Assembly: GCA_017470005.1 (NCBI GenBank)
Contig: JAFUFH010000091.1
Coordinates: forward strand, 1 to 57,619
Length of the DNA stretch: 57,619 bases
Source of the DNA: Bacilli bacterium
GTDB taxonomy: Bacteria; Bacillota_I; Bacilli_A; RFN20; CAG-288
Direction: 5' to 3'
The notes under the pieces were generated by a model. The model had not been told where the DNA came from. It did not search any database and saw nothing but the letters and a program-made list of their open reading frames with translations. A program made the translations under genes and the position numbers. Position 1 is the stretch's first letter, and each line of letters begins with the position of its first letter. Of this stretch, positions 45,680 to 55,817 are shown in pieces.

Positions 45680-46794
45680 TTCTTTACGATATCGCTCGCT
45701 TTTATGATTTTACCACCATATTCTAATTGAGAATTCCATTGTTCAATCAGGTGGTCATCCTCTTTATTCTCTTCTATATCGATGACTCTTTCAATAGAGA
45801 CACCGATCAATCTTATGGGTTGGTCTTTGTAGAGTTGTTCAAACACTTTCATGGCGTAAGCAAATAGAGATGCTACATCATCTATCGGCTCACTAAATGA
45901 GGTTCTACGGCTTTTGGTGACAAAATCTGGTGTTCTTAGCTTTACTCCTACCGACAAGGCTTTCTTGTGGTATTTATGAAGTTCTTGGCAGACTTCTTCA
46001 CAACACTTCTTGATCATCTCTACTCCTTCTTCAAAGAAGGCGTCTTCTTGGAAGGTTCTCTCGGAGGACATGGATTTAGGATCAAAGGCACTGTTATCGA
46101 TAAAGTCCGAGCCAAATCCTTGGGCATGGCCTTTGAAATATTCAAAATTATTGCCTAAGATTTTCTTCACTTTTGGGTCTTCACAATGCGCTAAATCCCC
46201 GATAGTTAGCACTCCCGCTTCCATTAGTTTTGGAGCGGTTTTCTTACCGATTCCATACATTTTAGAGATGGCTAAAGGCCAAAGAAGAGTAGGGATATTT
46301 CCTTGATTTAAGATGGTGAGTCCTAATGGTTTTTTCATGTCAGAACCCATCTTGGCTAAGAATCGATTCGCTCCGCATCCTATCGAACATTTCAATTTGG
46401 TGACACGGTAGAGAGTCATCTGCAAATCAAAGAGATATTCTTGTTCTTTTCCCATCGGGATATCATCGCTCATATCGATATAACATTCATCGATAGAAGC
46501 TTGTTCAAGGATGGGATATCTCTTTTTCAAATACGAGAAAAAGTGTTTGGAATGATAGGAATATAATTCAAAGTGAGGGGGTATGATCACTAAGTTTTTA
46601 CATAATCTTTTTGCCGTGGAAACCGGCATAGCGGAATTGACACCAAAGGCTCTCGCTTCATAAGAAGCGGTAGAGAGAACACTTCTTTTGGAATCGTAAG
46701 CGATAGCGATAGGTTTGCCCTTTAGCGTGGGGTCGGAAAGAAGTTCACATTGAGCAAAAAAGGCATTCAAGTCAATATGGACGATGGTCTTCAT
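45676..46794 (-). CDS. dinB: DNA polymerase IV
   Basis: HIDLNAFFAQ, ASYEARAFGV, SIDECY, AKMGSDMKKP.G, YGIGKKT. Confidence 0.92.
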   Translation of the reverse strand: MKTIVHIDLNAFFAQCELLSDPTLKGKPIAIAYDSKRSVLSTASYEARAFGVNSAMPVSTAKRLCKNLVIIPPHFELYSYHSKHFFSYLKKRYPILEQASIDECYIDMSDDIPMGKEQEYLFDLQMTLYRVTKLKCSIGCGANRFLAKMGSDMKKPLGLTILNQGNIPTLLWPLAISKMYGIGKKTAPKLMEAGVLTIGDLAHCEDPKVKKILGNNFEYFKGHAQGFGSDFIDNSAFDPKSMSSERTFQEDAFFEEGVEMIKKCCEEVCQELHKYHKKALSVGVKLRTPDFVTKSRRTSFSEPIDDVASLFAYAMKVFEQLYKDQPIRLIGVSIERVIDIEENKEDDHLIEQWNSQLEYGGKIIKASDIVKK

Positions 46795-46795
46795 A

Positions 46796-48451
46796 TCAAT
46801 CCCGGTATTCTTTCATCAATTCTTGCGCTTGCAAAAGGGCGCTTTCGGTGGTCTTAGAACCCGATAACATGGAAGCAACTTCCTTTAAAGCCTCTTCATC
46901 ATTTAAGACTCTAGCACTAGTAGAAGTCATCTGATTCTTCACATGTTTTTCAATCTTGACATAGGAGAGAGCGGAAGCGACCACTTGAGGAAGATGAGAG
47001 ATGACAATGATTTGAGAATGAGATTTGATCTCTTTGATCTTTTTGGCAATCAAAGAAGCAATCTTACCAGAAACCCCAGTATCGATCTCATCAAAGACAA
47101 GGACATCATAGGGGTCTAGAGCGTTCAAAACGACCTTTAGGGCTAACATCAAACGAGAGGATTCTCCTCCCGATGCCGCTTTTGAAAGGCTGCTTTCTTC
47201 AATGCCTTCATTTAAAGCGACCATAAAGACGCATTTATCTTGGCCTAGAGAGGCTAAAGGAGTCCGAGTAAGGGAAATCCTAAAGCCATTCTTTCTCAAG
47301 CCCAAATAAGCCATTTCTGAGCCGATTTGAGCGCTTAGCTTCTCCGCTGTGCTTTTTCGAATCTCCGAAAGTTTATTTGCTTGGTTTTGTACGACTTCTT
47401 TTTGAGCGGCAATCTTCTTTTCTAATTCTTCCTTCTTCCATTCAAAAGAATCAATCTGCTCTAGTTTTTCTTTGTAAGAAGCAAGTTTAGAGAGAATCTC
47501 TTGGCTAGATTTTCCGTATTTTCTTTGAAGTCCTTTCAACTGGAAAAGACGTTCATTGATTTCATCTAAGCGATAAGGATCAGCGCTTAAATGATGGAAA
47601 TCGTCATCTAATTGAGAAAGAGAAGCAAGCGTATTCATAGCGTATTCTTGGGCTTCTTTGGCTTGGCTTTCTAAATCGGTGCCATCAAATTTTCTCAGTT
47701 GAGAAATCGCACTATTTAATAAATCAGGAAGAGAGATTTGATTTCCTTGCGTGTGAGCTAAGAATTCTTGATATTTTTCTTTCAATTTATCGTAAGAGCG
47801 AAGACTTTCATATTCATTGTTGAGGTCTTCAATCTCATTTTCTTTCAAATCATATTTTTCAATCTCCGCGATTTGGAAAGATAAATAATCTCGGTCCAAT
47901 TCCTTGTTTTGAGAGAGAAGTGTCTCTTCTTCCTTTTCTAAATCTTTCCATTTTTGGAATTCTTTTTGATAGGATTGGAGCACTTTTTGAAGCTTTTCTC
48001 CCCCATAAAAATCTAAATAATGAATCTGGCTGGGTTCATTTAAAAGTTCGTTCTTTCCATTTTGAGAATGGATATCGATGAGGTGTTTGACGATAGTTTT
48101 AAACTCATTGAGCGTGACCATCTCATCATTTAAATAACAGCGATTGCTCTTGTCACTTTGAAGAACTCTCTTGATCAAGATTCGCTTGTCTTCATCAACA
48201 TATTCTTGAATCTCTGGATGTTTTGCTAAGAAGTGATCTTCTAAATGAAACAAAGCGGAGACAGAGGCTTTCTTATTCTTATCTCTAACGAGAGTAAAAT
48301 CACTTCTTTCTCCAGACAAAAGAGATAAAGATTCCACCACCAAAGATTTACCAGCGCCAGTCTCACCGATTAGAGCGGTATAGGGGCTTGTAAAATCTAA
48401 GGTTGTATCTTCGATGACGGCAAGGTTAGAAATGTGAAGTTCTTCAATCAT
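46796..48451 (-). CDS. recN: DNA repair protein RecN
   Basis: GETGAGKS Walker A, coiled coil, ASGGESSR signature, VFDEIDTGVSG, ISHLPQV. Confidence 0.93.
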   Translation of the reverse strand: MIEELHISNLAVIEDTTLDFTSPYTALIGETGAGKSLVVESLSLLSGERSDFTLVRDKNKKASVSALFHLEDHFLAKHPEIQEYVDEDKRILIKRVLQSDKSNRCYLNDEMVTLNEFKTIVKHLIDIHSQNGKNELLNEPSQIHYLDFYGGEKLQKVLQSYQKEFQKWKDLEKEEETLLSQNKELDRDYLSFQIAEIEKYDLKENEIEDLNNEYESLRSYDKLKEKYQEFLAHTQGNQISLPDLLNSAISQLRKFDGTDLESQAKEAQEYAMNTLASLSQLDDDFHHLSADPYRLDEINERLFQLKGLQRKYGKSSQEILSKLASYKEKLEQIDSFEWKKEELEKKIAAQKEVVQNQANKLSEIRKSTAEKLSAQIGSEMAYLGLRKNGFRISLTRTPLASLGQDKCVFMVALNEGIEESSLSKAASGGESSRLMLALKVVLNALDPYDVLVFDEIDTGVSGKIASLIAKKIKEIKSHSQIIVISHLPQVVASALSYVKIEKHVKNQMTSTSARVLNDEEALKEVASMLSGSKTTESALLQAQELMKEYRD

Positions 48452-48454
48452 AGG

Positions 48455-50281
48455 TTACTCCTTTGGAAGGATTTGTTGGATTTTCTCTAAGACAGAATCG
48501 ATATCCATTGAGAGAGTCTTCAATAAGTGTTTGACACTTCCATGGGTGACGAAATCATTTTCAAAAGCAAAGAACGTATATTTCCCTTTAAATCCTTTCT
48601 TTAACAGATAATCGGAGAAATAGGATGCACTTCCTTCTTGGGTGGAATAGGGGTCATAAAGAATGATGTTTTCATAGCTAGAAATCTCATATTCATCTAG
48701 TAGCGATAAAGGAGGTAACAAGTCAACAAGCTGAAGCTTTGTGACAGAGTCACTCACTTGACGAAGCAAGCCGTATCCTAAAGGACCGATAGCAATAACT
48801 ATTGTCTTCTTATCCTCATTTTGAGCATAGAAATAGCCAAGTTTAGATAACACACCATCAAAGTCAGCAGCGTAGATTTCCCCTTTAGGAAGACGGATGA
48901 AGATAGGTCCTTTTTCAATATCTTTGGTAAAGTTGGGAAGTTCAATAATCGAGGAAGAATCAAAAGGCATGAACACTCTTCGATAGGGAATGGATTTTAC
49001 CATAGCGACATCATAAATGCCTTGGTGAGAAGAACCGTCTTCTCCTACCAAACCCGCTCTTTCCACGATGAATACCACTCTGATATCTTGTCTAGAGACA
49101 TTCTCGATGATCTCATCGTAACAGCGTTGCATGAAAGTAGAATAAATATCGACAATGGGTCGATACCCTTTTAAGGCAAGACCTGAGGCGTAAAGGACCG
49201 CATTCTCTTCGGCGATACCGGTATCGATACTTCTTTCGGGATATTTGACAAAGAGGTCATGAAGCTTGGAGTTCTGTTCCATAGCGGGAGAGATGACAAA
49301 GATTTTCTCATCCTTTTCCATCATTTCCATCAAATAGGAGCTCTTGAACTGGCTGTAATCGATAGATGTGTCAAAGTTTTCTTCAAAGTGTTTGTTCACG
49401 CCGTGGTAAATGCCTTGTTCATCTTTTTCGGCGGGGACATATCCTTGTCCTTTTTGCGTCAATAAGTGAAGGACACAAGCGCCTTTATTAGAGACAATTT
49501 TAGCTTTTTCAAAGGCCAAATCTAAGTCTTCAAAATCGTGTCCATCATAAGGACCGATATATTTGATATTCATGGCTTCAAAGAGAGTGGATGAGATGAA
49601 GAATCTCTTGAAGTGATCTTTGATGGATTTCATGAAGCAGAAGAGGCGATAAGACCATTTGTGTTTGCTCATTGCGTTACCCAGTCTTGACGAGGAACGG
49701 AAATAGAAACGGGAATTTCTAAAGCGAGAAACACGTTTAGAAACCGGTCCATTATTTTTGGAGATAGACATCTCGTTATCGTTGATGATGACGATGAGTC
49801 TCTTGTAATTACTATCTTTGGATAATAAATCTAAAGCTTCATAGGAAAGGCCATTTCCGATAGAACCATCTCCGATGATAGCGATGGTGTAGGTTTCATC
49901 GTGAGAGAGCATCTTGGCCTTGGCAATACCCATTGCGGTGCCAAGACAATCCCCAGCGTGGCCGTTATTATAGGTGTCAGCTTCACTTTCACTTCTTAGA
50001 TTGAATGGGGCGATACCACCATCTTTTCTGATGCTAGAGATATCTCTTCCCGTCAAGATTTTATAGGCGTATGCCTGGTGTCCGACATCAAAGAGGATAT
50101 CGTCTTTAAAGGCGTCAAAATGTTGTAATAAAGAGATGGTGAGTTCTACCGTTCCTAAGTTAGAGGAAAGGTGTCCTCCGTTTTGTGAGCACACGGAAAA
50201 AATCTTGGCACGAATGTCAGAGGCTAAAATTTTCAGCTGATTTCGTCTGAGATGATCCCGTTTCTCTTTTTTCTTCATCAT
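48455..50281 (-). CDS. dxs: 1-deoxy-D-xylulose-5-phosphate synthase
   Basis: GGHLSSNLG, DVGHQAY.YKILTGR, GDGSIGNG, NDNEMSI, GIAEE, YSTFMQR, GEDGSSHQG. Confidence 0.92.
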   Translation of the reverse strand: MMKKKEKRDHLRRNQLKILASDIRAKIFSVCSQNGGHLSSNLGTVELTISLLQHFDAFKDDILFDVGHQAYAYKILTGRDISSIRKDGGIAPFNLRSESEADTYNNGHAGDCLGTAMGIAKAKMLSHDETYTIAIIGDGSIGNGLSYEALDLLSKDSNYKRLIVIINDNEMSISKNNGPVSKRVSRFRNSRFYFRSSSRLGNAMSKHKWSYRLFCFMKSIKDHFKRFFISSTLFEAMNIKYIGPYDGHDFEDLDLAFEKAKIVSNKGACVLHLLTQKGQGYVPAEKDEQGIYHGVNKHFEENFDTSIDYSQFKSSYLMEMMEKDEKIFVISPAMEQNSKLHDLFVKYPERSIDTGIAEENAVLYASGLALKGYRPIVDIYSTFMQRCYDEIIENVSRQDIRVVFIVERAGLVGEDGSSHQGIYDVAMVKSIPYRRVFMPFDSSSIIELPNFTKDIEKGPIFIRLPKGEIYAADFDGVLSKLGYFYAQNEDKKTIVIAIGPLGYGLLRQVSDSVTKLQLVDLLPPLSLLDEYEISSYENIILYDPYSTQEGSASYFSDYLLKKGFKGKYTFFAFENDFVTHGSVKHLLKTLSMDIDSVLEKIQQILPKE

Positions 50282-50482
50282 TTATTCTTGTTCGATTTCG
50301 TCAGAGACAGAAGAGGTGAGCTCTTCTAATCTTTTGCTCATTTCCTTTGTAATCATTTTACCATATTCGTAAAGCTTAGCGGCTTCATCTAAACCTAAAG
50401 AGACTTCTCCTAATTTCTTTAAGGTTTCATTGGCTTCTTCTTCGAGTTCTTGATAAGACAATTTGCTCAAATCTTTTTTCAT
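50282..50482 (-). CDS. xseB: Exodeoxyribonuclease VII small subunit
   Basis: 66 aa, helical, VSLGLDEAAKLYEYG pattern, follows xseA. Confidence 0.8.
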   Translation of the reverse strand: MKKDLSKLSYQELEEEANETLKKLGEVSLGLDEAAKLYEYGKMITKEMSKRLEELTSSVSDEIEQE

Positions 50483-50490
50483 ATTTCACC

Positions 50491-51765
50491 TCATTTAATG
50501 ACGGCTTTCTTTCTTCCATCCACATATGTGATGACCACTTCATCATCTTTGCCTAGCTGTGAGCTAGAATAGACTTTCTCTCCGTTCTTATATAAGAGAG
50601 CGTACCCTTTTTTCGAGAGAGAGGAAGGGTCTAGGGCATCGAGAAGAGAATTCATTTCTTTGATCTTGGCTCTCTCTTTCTCTTGAATATTCCCCATCCC
50701 TTGTATAAGCATTTTCTTTAAGCTTTCTAGGCTCTCTTTTTGAGAGGAGAGATGGTGAGTATAGAAGCGTTTGAAATTGGCTTCTAACGTCTGAATCTTC
50801 TCTTTCTCTTGATAGAGACGATTCTTAGGAGAATGACTCTCGAATTGTTTGCACAAGTGATCTAAATTGAGATAAGCGTTCTTTAAGACACCCTGATACG
50901 CGTCTAATATCCCTTCTTCTAAGAGTCTTTTCTTCTGTAATACTTCCTCCATCGTCGGATTGATACAAGAGGCTCCCTCTGTTGGCGTGATGGCTCTTTT
51001 ATCCGAGACTCGATCGGCGATTGCTACATCGATAGTGTGACCGATACAAGTGATGACTGGGGCTTTAGAGGTAGCGATAGCGAGGGCAACTTTTTCATCA
51101 TCGAAGCAAGAAAGGTCACTCTTGCTTCCTCCTCCCCTTCCTAAGATGATGGCATCATAGTCTTTCTCATTGGCTCTATTGAGAGCTTTGACAATGCTAG
51201 ATGCAGCTTTCTCTCCTTGCACGGTGATCGGATAGAGAGTAGTGGAGACAGGGAAGCGGTCATGAAGTGTCTTTAAGATATCTTGATAAGCGGCGCCATC
51301 TTTGGCGGTGAGAATGGCGACTCTTTTACAAAGAGGAGGAATCTTTCTTTTTCGTTTCTCATCCAAATAGCCAAGCTTATCTAATTTTTCTAAGGTCTTT
51401 TTCTTCTCTAACAAGGTTTTACCCGTTTGAGAAGAGAGAATCTCTAAACTCTTTCCCCAGAGGGTGATAGAAGAGCCGTGAGGATAGTAAGAGAGAGATC
51501 CCGTGATCAAAATGATATCTCCGACTTTAACATCTTTTAAGCCGTAATCATTTCCATAAAAGGTAGAGAAGGCACATCGTAAAAGGGGAGCGGAGGTTTC
51601 TTTCTCTCCGTGATCGCCTAAATCGATGTAGCTAAATTTGCCTAGACGGATGGAATAGACTTCTCCATAGACTGGCACATTTTGAAACGCGGGGTTTTCA
51701 AAACAGGACTTGAGAATGGAAGAGATCTCCCCTACCGTGTAGGCTTTCTTCTCATTGAAAATCAT
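50491..51765 (-). CDS. xseA: Exodeoxyribonuclease VII large subunit
   Basis: YTV.EIS, GEV OB fold, VQGEKA, GRGGGS, IGHTID, TPTEGA, KGYAL. Confidence 0.9.
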   Translation of the reverse strand: MIFNEKKAYTVGEISSILKSCFENPAFQNVPVYGEVYSIRLGKFSYIDLGDHGEKETSAPLLRCAFSTFYGNDYGLKDVKVGDIILITGSLSYYPHGSSITLWGKSLEILSSQTGKTLLEKKKTLEKLDKLGYLDEKRKRKIPPLCKRVAILTAKDGAAYQDILKTLHDRFPVSTTLYPITVQGEKAASSIVKALNRANEKDYDAIILGRGGGSKSDLSCFDDEKVALAIATSKAPVITCIGHTIDVAIADRVSDKRAITPTEGASCINPTMEEVLQKKRLLEEGILDAYQGVLKNAYLNLDHLCKQFESHSPKNRLYQEKEKIQTLEANFKRFYTHHLSSQKESLESLKKMLIQGMGNIQEKERAKIKEMNSLLDALDPSSLSKKGYALLYKNGEKVYSSSQLGKDDEVVITYVDGRKKAVIK

Positions 51766-52180
51766 ATTCAGGAATGGATTTATCTAAGACAGCATTGATG
51801 AATTTGTGATCGCCAACTTTTAAGAAGTTTTTGGCGAGATCTACGCATTCATTGATGACGACTTTTCTTGGGGCCAAACGGACATAAGTGCCTTCGGCAA
51901 CACCTAAGAAAAGAATGGCTTTCGCGACATTATCTAAACGAGAGAAAGTCCAATTCACTAAATGTTCTTGAATCTTAGCGACAATCTCATCATAGTGTTC
52001 TAATCCTAAAGCATAAATGGCTTTAGAAAACTTAGGAACATCGTCGATGCTCTGACTTCCATACATAGAATTGATGACTTCGGTGGCATCAAATTCTTCT
52101 TTGTTTTCGATGTAGAGGAACACTTGATAGAAGGCCTGCATGGTCTTCATTCTTTCGTCTTTTCTAGAATATTCTTTCAT
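51752..52180 (-). CDS. nusB: Transcription antitermination factor NusB
   Basis: R...MQAFYQ, WTFSRL, VVINECVDLAK, KFINAVLD; GGGAG RBS favours ATG 52180. Confidence 0.87.
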   Translation of the reverse strand: MKEYSRKDERMKTMQAFYQVFLYIENKEEFDATEVINSMYGSQSIDDVPKFSKAIYALGLEHYDEIVAKIQEHLVNWTFSRLDNVAKAILFLGVAEGTYVRLAPRKVVINECVDLAKNFLKVGDHKFINAVLDKSIPEYDFQ

Positions 52181-52181
52181 A

Positions 52182-52733
52182 TCAATCTCCCGTGTGGATT
52201 TGGTTTTTGATTTCTGTTTGATGGATTTCGTATTCATCTAATTTTTTGCTCAGTAGGATACCGTAAACAAAGAGAGAAATAAAGATGAGGTGAAGTAGAC
52301 TTTGCATGACAATCACCAATGGGTGAGTGCCAATGGTGGAAGAGATAATAAAGGCGGTGATGAAAGAGGCAATCATACAAAGAAAGTCTACGCCATAGAT
52401 TGAAGCGGAGATATAGAAATAGATCTTCTTTCCTTTGACGGCGGCGGTAGATAAGAAGATGAGAGCCAAACAGAAGACAACTCCCACCAAAGAAGAAGTG
52501 TTCTTCACAAAATCTAAATTTTTGCTTCCTTCCATGATGATTCCACCTAACAGAGAGGAACCAAAGGTGAAGGGGAAAGAGAGGATATTACTAAAACCGA
52601 CTCCTTCTGTGTAATTTAACGTGATTTGAAGAAACACTTGGGCAAGCATGTGCACGATGGAGACAAGGATAGGAAGAGAGGCTAGATATCCATAGGTCTT
52701 GACTCCCTTTTCATAATTCTCTTTGCTGAGCAT
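52182..52733 (-). CDS. Hypothetical four- to five-TM membrane protein
   Basis: Hydrophobic segments; translationally coupled between the asp23-like gene and nusB. Confidence 0.65.
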   Translation of the reverse strand: MLSKENYEKGVKTYGYLASLPILVSIVHMLAQVFLQITLNYTEGVGFSNILSFPFTFGSSLLGGIIMEGSKNLDFVKNTSSLVGVVFCLALIFLSTAAVKGKKIYFYISASIYGVDFLCMIASFITAFIISSTIGTHPLVIVMQSLLHLIFISLFVYGILLSKKLDEYEIHQTEIKNQIHTGD

Positions 52734-53074
52734 TATTTCTTGTCCACAAAGGTCAAAACAGAAAGATCGACTTTGACATTAGAAATTTCTGTGGCCTCAT
52801 AAATATCGTCATAGATCTTCTGTTGCAAGGCTTGTAAAGCTTTGTTGGCATTGCCTTCTTTATAGGCGGAAACAAAGACTTTGATGGAGACTTTGTTTTT
52901 GACGATTTCGACTTGCACATTCTTTTTTCCTCTAGGAAGAGTCAAAGAGATGTCATTGACATAATCTTTGTTTGCCCCTTCCACTAAGGAATCATAAGCG
53001 ATTTGAGAGAAAACGTTGCTAGAAATGTTGGTAGAACCGCCTTTTGCGGTATTGGTGTAATAACTTGTAGGCAT
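52733..53074 (-). CDS. Asp23/Gls24 (YqhY-like) family protein
   Basis: G...ISSNVF..IA, LQQKIYDDI...T.I....VDLSV pattern; upstream of nusB as in Firmicutes. Confidence 0.7.
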   Translation of the reverse strand: MPTSYYTNTAKGGSTNISSNVFSQIAYDSLVEGANKDYVNDISLTLPRGKKNVQVEIVKNKVSIKVFVSAYKEGNANKALQALQQKIYDDIYEATEISNVKVDLSVLTFVDKK

Positions 53075-53084
53075 ATAACCTCCT

Positions 53085-55229
53085 TTAATCTTGTTTGATA
53101 TTCTTCATGGAAAGAGAGATTCTCTTTCGTTCTAAATCAACACCGATGACTTTGACTTTCACGATGTCTCCGGGTTTTCCATAAGGGTGAGGATCTTCCA
53201 CTCTCTTGTTGGTGATTTCGCTAAGATACACTAAACCGTTGATTTCTACACCGATATCCACAAAGAAACCAAAGCCTGCGACATTGCGGATGGTACCTTC
53301 CATGATGGTTCCGACTTTCAAATCTTTGATGTCGGTCACTCCTTCGGTCAAGTGAGCAGTCTTTGCGTTTAAACGAGGATCACGAGAAGGTTGAATCAAT
53401 TCTTTGATGATATCCTCTAATGTGGGAATACCGACGTGAAGTTTATCGGATAATTCTTTCAATTGTTTTTGAGAGATGGATTTTAAATGTTCCTTGGTCT
53501 CATTATCGTCAGTACCTTTCATCTCTTTTAAGATTTCTTTGGCGATGGGATAAGATTCCGGGTGAACGGCGGTGTTATCTAAAGGTTCTTTGGATTCGGG
53601 GATACGGAGGAAGCCCGCACAGTTTTCAAAAGCTTTGGGACCTAAGAAAGGAATCTTTTTCAGTTCGGCTCTGCTCTTGATGGCTCCGTTTTCATCTCTA
53701 TATTTGACGATGGATTCGGCAATCTTCATGGAGATACCAGAAACATAGGAGAGAAGAGAGGCGGAAGCGGTATTGACAAAGACACCGACATAGTTGACAC
53801 AGTCTTCTACAACACCCTTTAAAGCGAGAGAGAGCTTTTTAGAATCGATATCGTATTGGTATTGTCCAACCCCGATAGATTCGGGTGGAATCTTGACCAA
53901 TTCGGCAAGAGGATCTTCTAATCTTCTTGCGATAGAGACTGCACTTCTTAAGTTAGGTTCAAAATCTGGGAATTCTTTCTGAGCTAATTCGGTAGCGGAA
54001 TAGATGGAAGCACCAGATTCAGAAACGACAGCAATCTCTAATTCTTTCATGTCAGCATATTCTTTTTTGAGCTCTTCTAACAGGGATTGAGATTCTCTAG
54101 AGGCGGTACCATTACCTAAAGCGATGGTGTAGGTTTGATTCTTGATGATGAGCTTTCTTAAGACTTGTTTGGCGTTTTCTTTGGAACGGTCATTCATGAA
54201 AGGATTGTTTAAGACATAGGTGTCTAAGACTTTTCCGTTCTGATCGATGAAAGCCAATTTACAACCGTGAGAGAAGCCAGGGTCAAAGCCTAAGATTCTC
54301 TTTCCTTTTAGCGGAGGTTGAAGAAGGGTAGCTTTCAAGGAGATCTTGAATTCTTCGATGGCACTATCGCTAGCTTCATCCATCAAATCGGAGAAGATAT
54401 CGTTGCATACAGATGGGTAGATGAGTCGGTTATAAGAGTCAGCAACCATCTCGACAAATTGGGTGTAATAAGGAGTTTTAGAAGGGATTTCAAAGGTGTT
54501 GATGTGAGAGAGAATGGCATCATCATCTAAGACGATCTTCTTGTTGAGAGCTTTCTTGTTGACCCCACGGTTGATGGCTAACACATGATAGGAGCGAAGG
54601 TCGCTGAGTCTACGAGAATACTGAGCGTAGTTATCGTAGGTCTTATCTTGGCAATCCTCAATCTTGGTGGAGGTCATCAAGCCACGCTTTTGAGCGAGAT
54701 CTTTGATATAGATACGATAATTGGTATTATCGGAAATATTTTCGGCTAAGATATCAAAAGCGCCTTGGATACAAGCTTTTTCACTCTTGTATTCCTCGCA
54801 GATATATTTCTTTGCTTCCTCTTCTAAGTTGCCCGTTTTATCGGTCAATAAATATTCGGATAATGGTTTTAACCCGGCCTTGATGGCTTTGGAAGCACGG
54901 GTGACTCTCTTAGGACGATAGGGACGATATAAATCTTCAACTTCTGCCATGGTCATGGCGTTTTCAATCTTTAAAAGAAGCTCGGGATTATCAATCTTTT
55001 GTTCTTCTAAAGATTTGAAGACGGTCTTTTTTCTATCTTCTAAGTTGCGCAAAGAGAAGAGTCTTTCTTCGATGAGTCTCATGTTCTCATCGTTAAGTCC
55101 TCCGGTGACTTCTTTACGGTAACGGGCGATGAAGGGAACGGTATTTCCTTCGTCGAGAAGGGAAATTGCGCTATCAACATTCGCACGGTTTAAATTTAAT
55201 TCATCTGCAATGACTTGATGGATATCCAT
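53085..55229 (-). CDS. tex: Tex family RNA-binding protein
   Basis: GNTVPFIARYRKE, GFDPGF, IALGNGTASRES, ARRLEDPLAELVK, IGVGQYQ, HPESY, C-terminal S1 domain. Confidence 0.93.
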   Translation of the reverse strand: MDIHQVIADELNLNRANVDSAISLLDEGNTVPFIARYRKEVTGGLNDENMRLIEERLFSLRNLEDRKKTVFKSLEEQKIDNPELLLKIENAMTMAEVEDLYRPYRPKRVTRASKAIKAGLKPLSEYLLTDKTGNLEEEAKKYICEEYKSEKACIQGAFDILAENISDNTNYRIYIKDLAQKRGLMTSTKIEDCQDKTYDNYAQYSRRLSDLRSYHVLAINRGVNKKALNKKIVLDDDAILSHINTFEIPSKTPYYTQFVEMVADSYNRLIYPSVCNDIFSDLMDEASDSAIEEFKISLKATLLQPPLKGKRILGFDPGFSHGCKLAFIDQNGKVLDTYVLNNPFMNDRSKENAKQVLRKLIIKNQTYTIALGNGTASRESQSLLEELKKEYADMKELEIAVVSESGASIYSATELAQKEFPDFEPNLRSAVSIARRLEDPLAELVKIPPESIGVGQYQYDIDSKKLSLALKGVVEDCVNYVGVFVNTASASLLSYVSGISMKIAESIVKYRDENGAIKSRAELKKIPFLGPKAFENCAGFLRIPESKEPLDNTAVHPESYPIAKEILKEMKGTDDNETKEHLKSISQKQLKELSDKLHVGIPTLEDIIKELIQPSRDPRLNAKTAHLTEGVTDIKDLKVGTIMEGTIRNVAGFGFFVDIGVEINGLVYLSEITNKRVEDPHPYGKPGDIVKVKVIGVDLERKRISLSMKNIKQD

Positions 55230-55244
55230 AATAACTGCCTTTCT

Positions 55245-55685
55245 TTAGTCAATCGTAATCTGAAAATAAAGCTCTTGAATCTCATCGCTAGCAAAGAAAG
55301 CAATCATCTCATCGATCTTTTTATCGAGAGAGAAATTGATGGCTAATCCTAAATAGAAATGATTGCTGCTATCTTTCTTCTCTTTGTTGTTGACAAGATG
55401 GATGGTGTTTTCATATCCCGTGAAGAAATCTTTACTTCCATCGCTTAAGATCACTCTCGCATTCTTTTGATCTTCTTTGACATCAAAAAGAGAGAAGCGG
55501 TAATAATATTTTCCTTCTTCTATCGCATAATTGATTTCCGTAGAAAAATAAGCATCGGTATCCAATAAAAAAGCAGAAGGGTCCTTCTCATGAAGAGCAG
55601 AACGTTCTGTTTCAAGCGATGCTTTATGGGAACAAGAGGTAAGAGATACAAAGAGCGGTATTAATACAAAGAGCGATTTATTCAT
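55245..55685 (-). CDS. Hypothetical lipoprotein
   Basis: MNK + hydrophobic stretch + LTSC lipobox. Confidence 0.7.
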   Translation of the reverse strand: MNKSLFVLIPLFVSLTSCSHKASLETERSALHEKDPSAFLLDTDAYFSTEINYAIEEGKYYYRFSLFDVKEDQKNARVILSDGSKDFFTGYENTIHLVNNKEKKDSSNHFYLGLAINFSLDKKIDEMIAFFASDEIQELYFQITID

Positions 55686-55766
55686 GACAAAATTATAACA
55701 TAGTTATAAAAGTGAAAAAAGAACATTTGTTTAGAAGTCGCTTACTTTGGGCTATTTTTAACTCTT

Positions 55767-55794
55767 TTGACTTTCATTTTTCTTGTGATATGAT
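55767..55794 (+). promoter_or_regulatory. sigmaA-type promoter for the zinc-ribbon membrane gene
   Basis: TTGACT, 16 nt, TG-a-TATGAT upstream of AAGGAGG RBS. Confidence 0.55.
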
Positions 55795-55817
55795 ATTGTG
55801 CGAAAGGAGGATATGTT

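Noticed and set aside
166-54921. Numerous 60-150 aa ORFs in the track that are antisense or out of frame to housekeeping genes (e.g. 1117-1359, 3166-3597, 12291-12740, 20918-21349, 27584-27937)
   Set aside because: They are shadows of well-supported genes, with no RBS or recognisable motifs.
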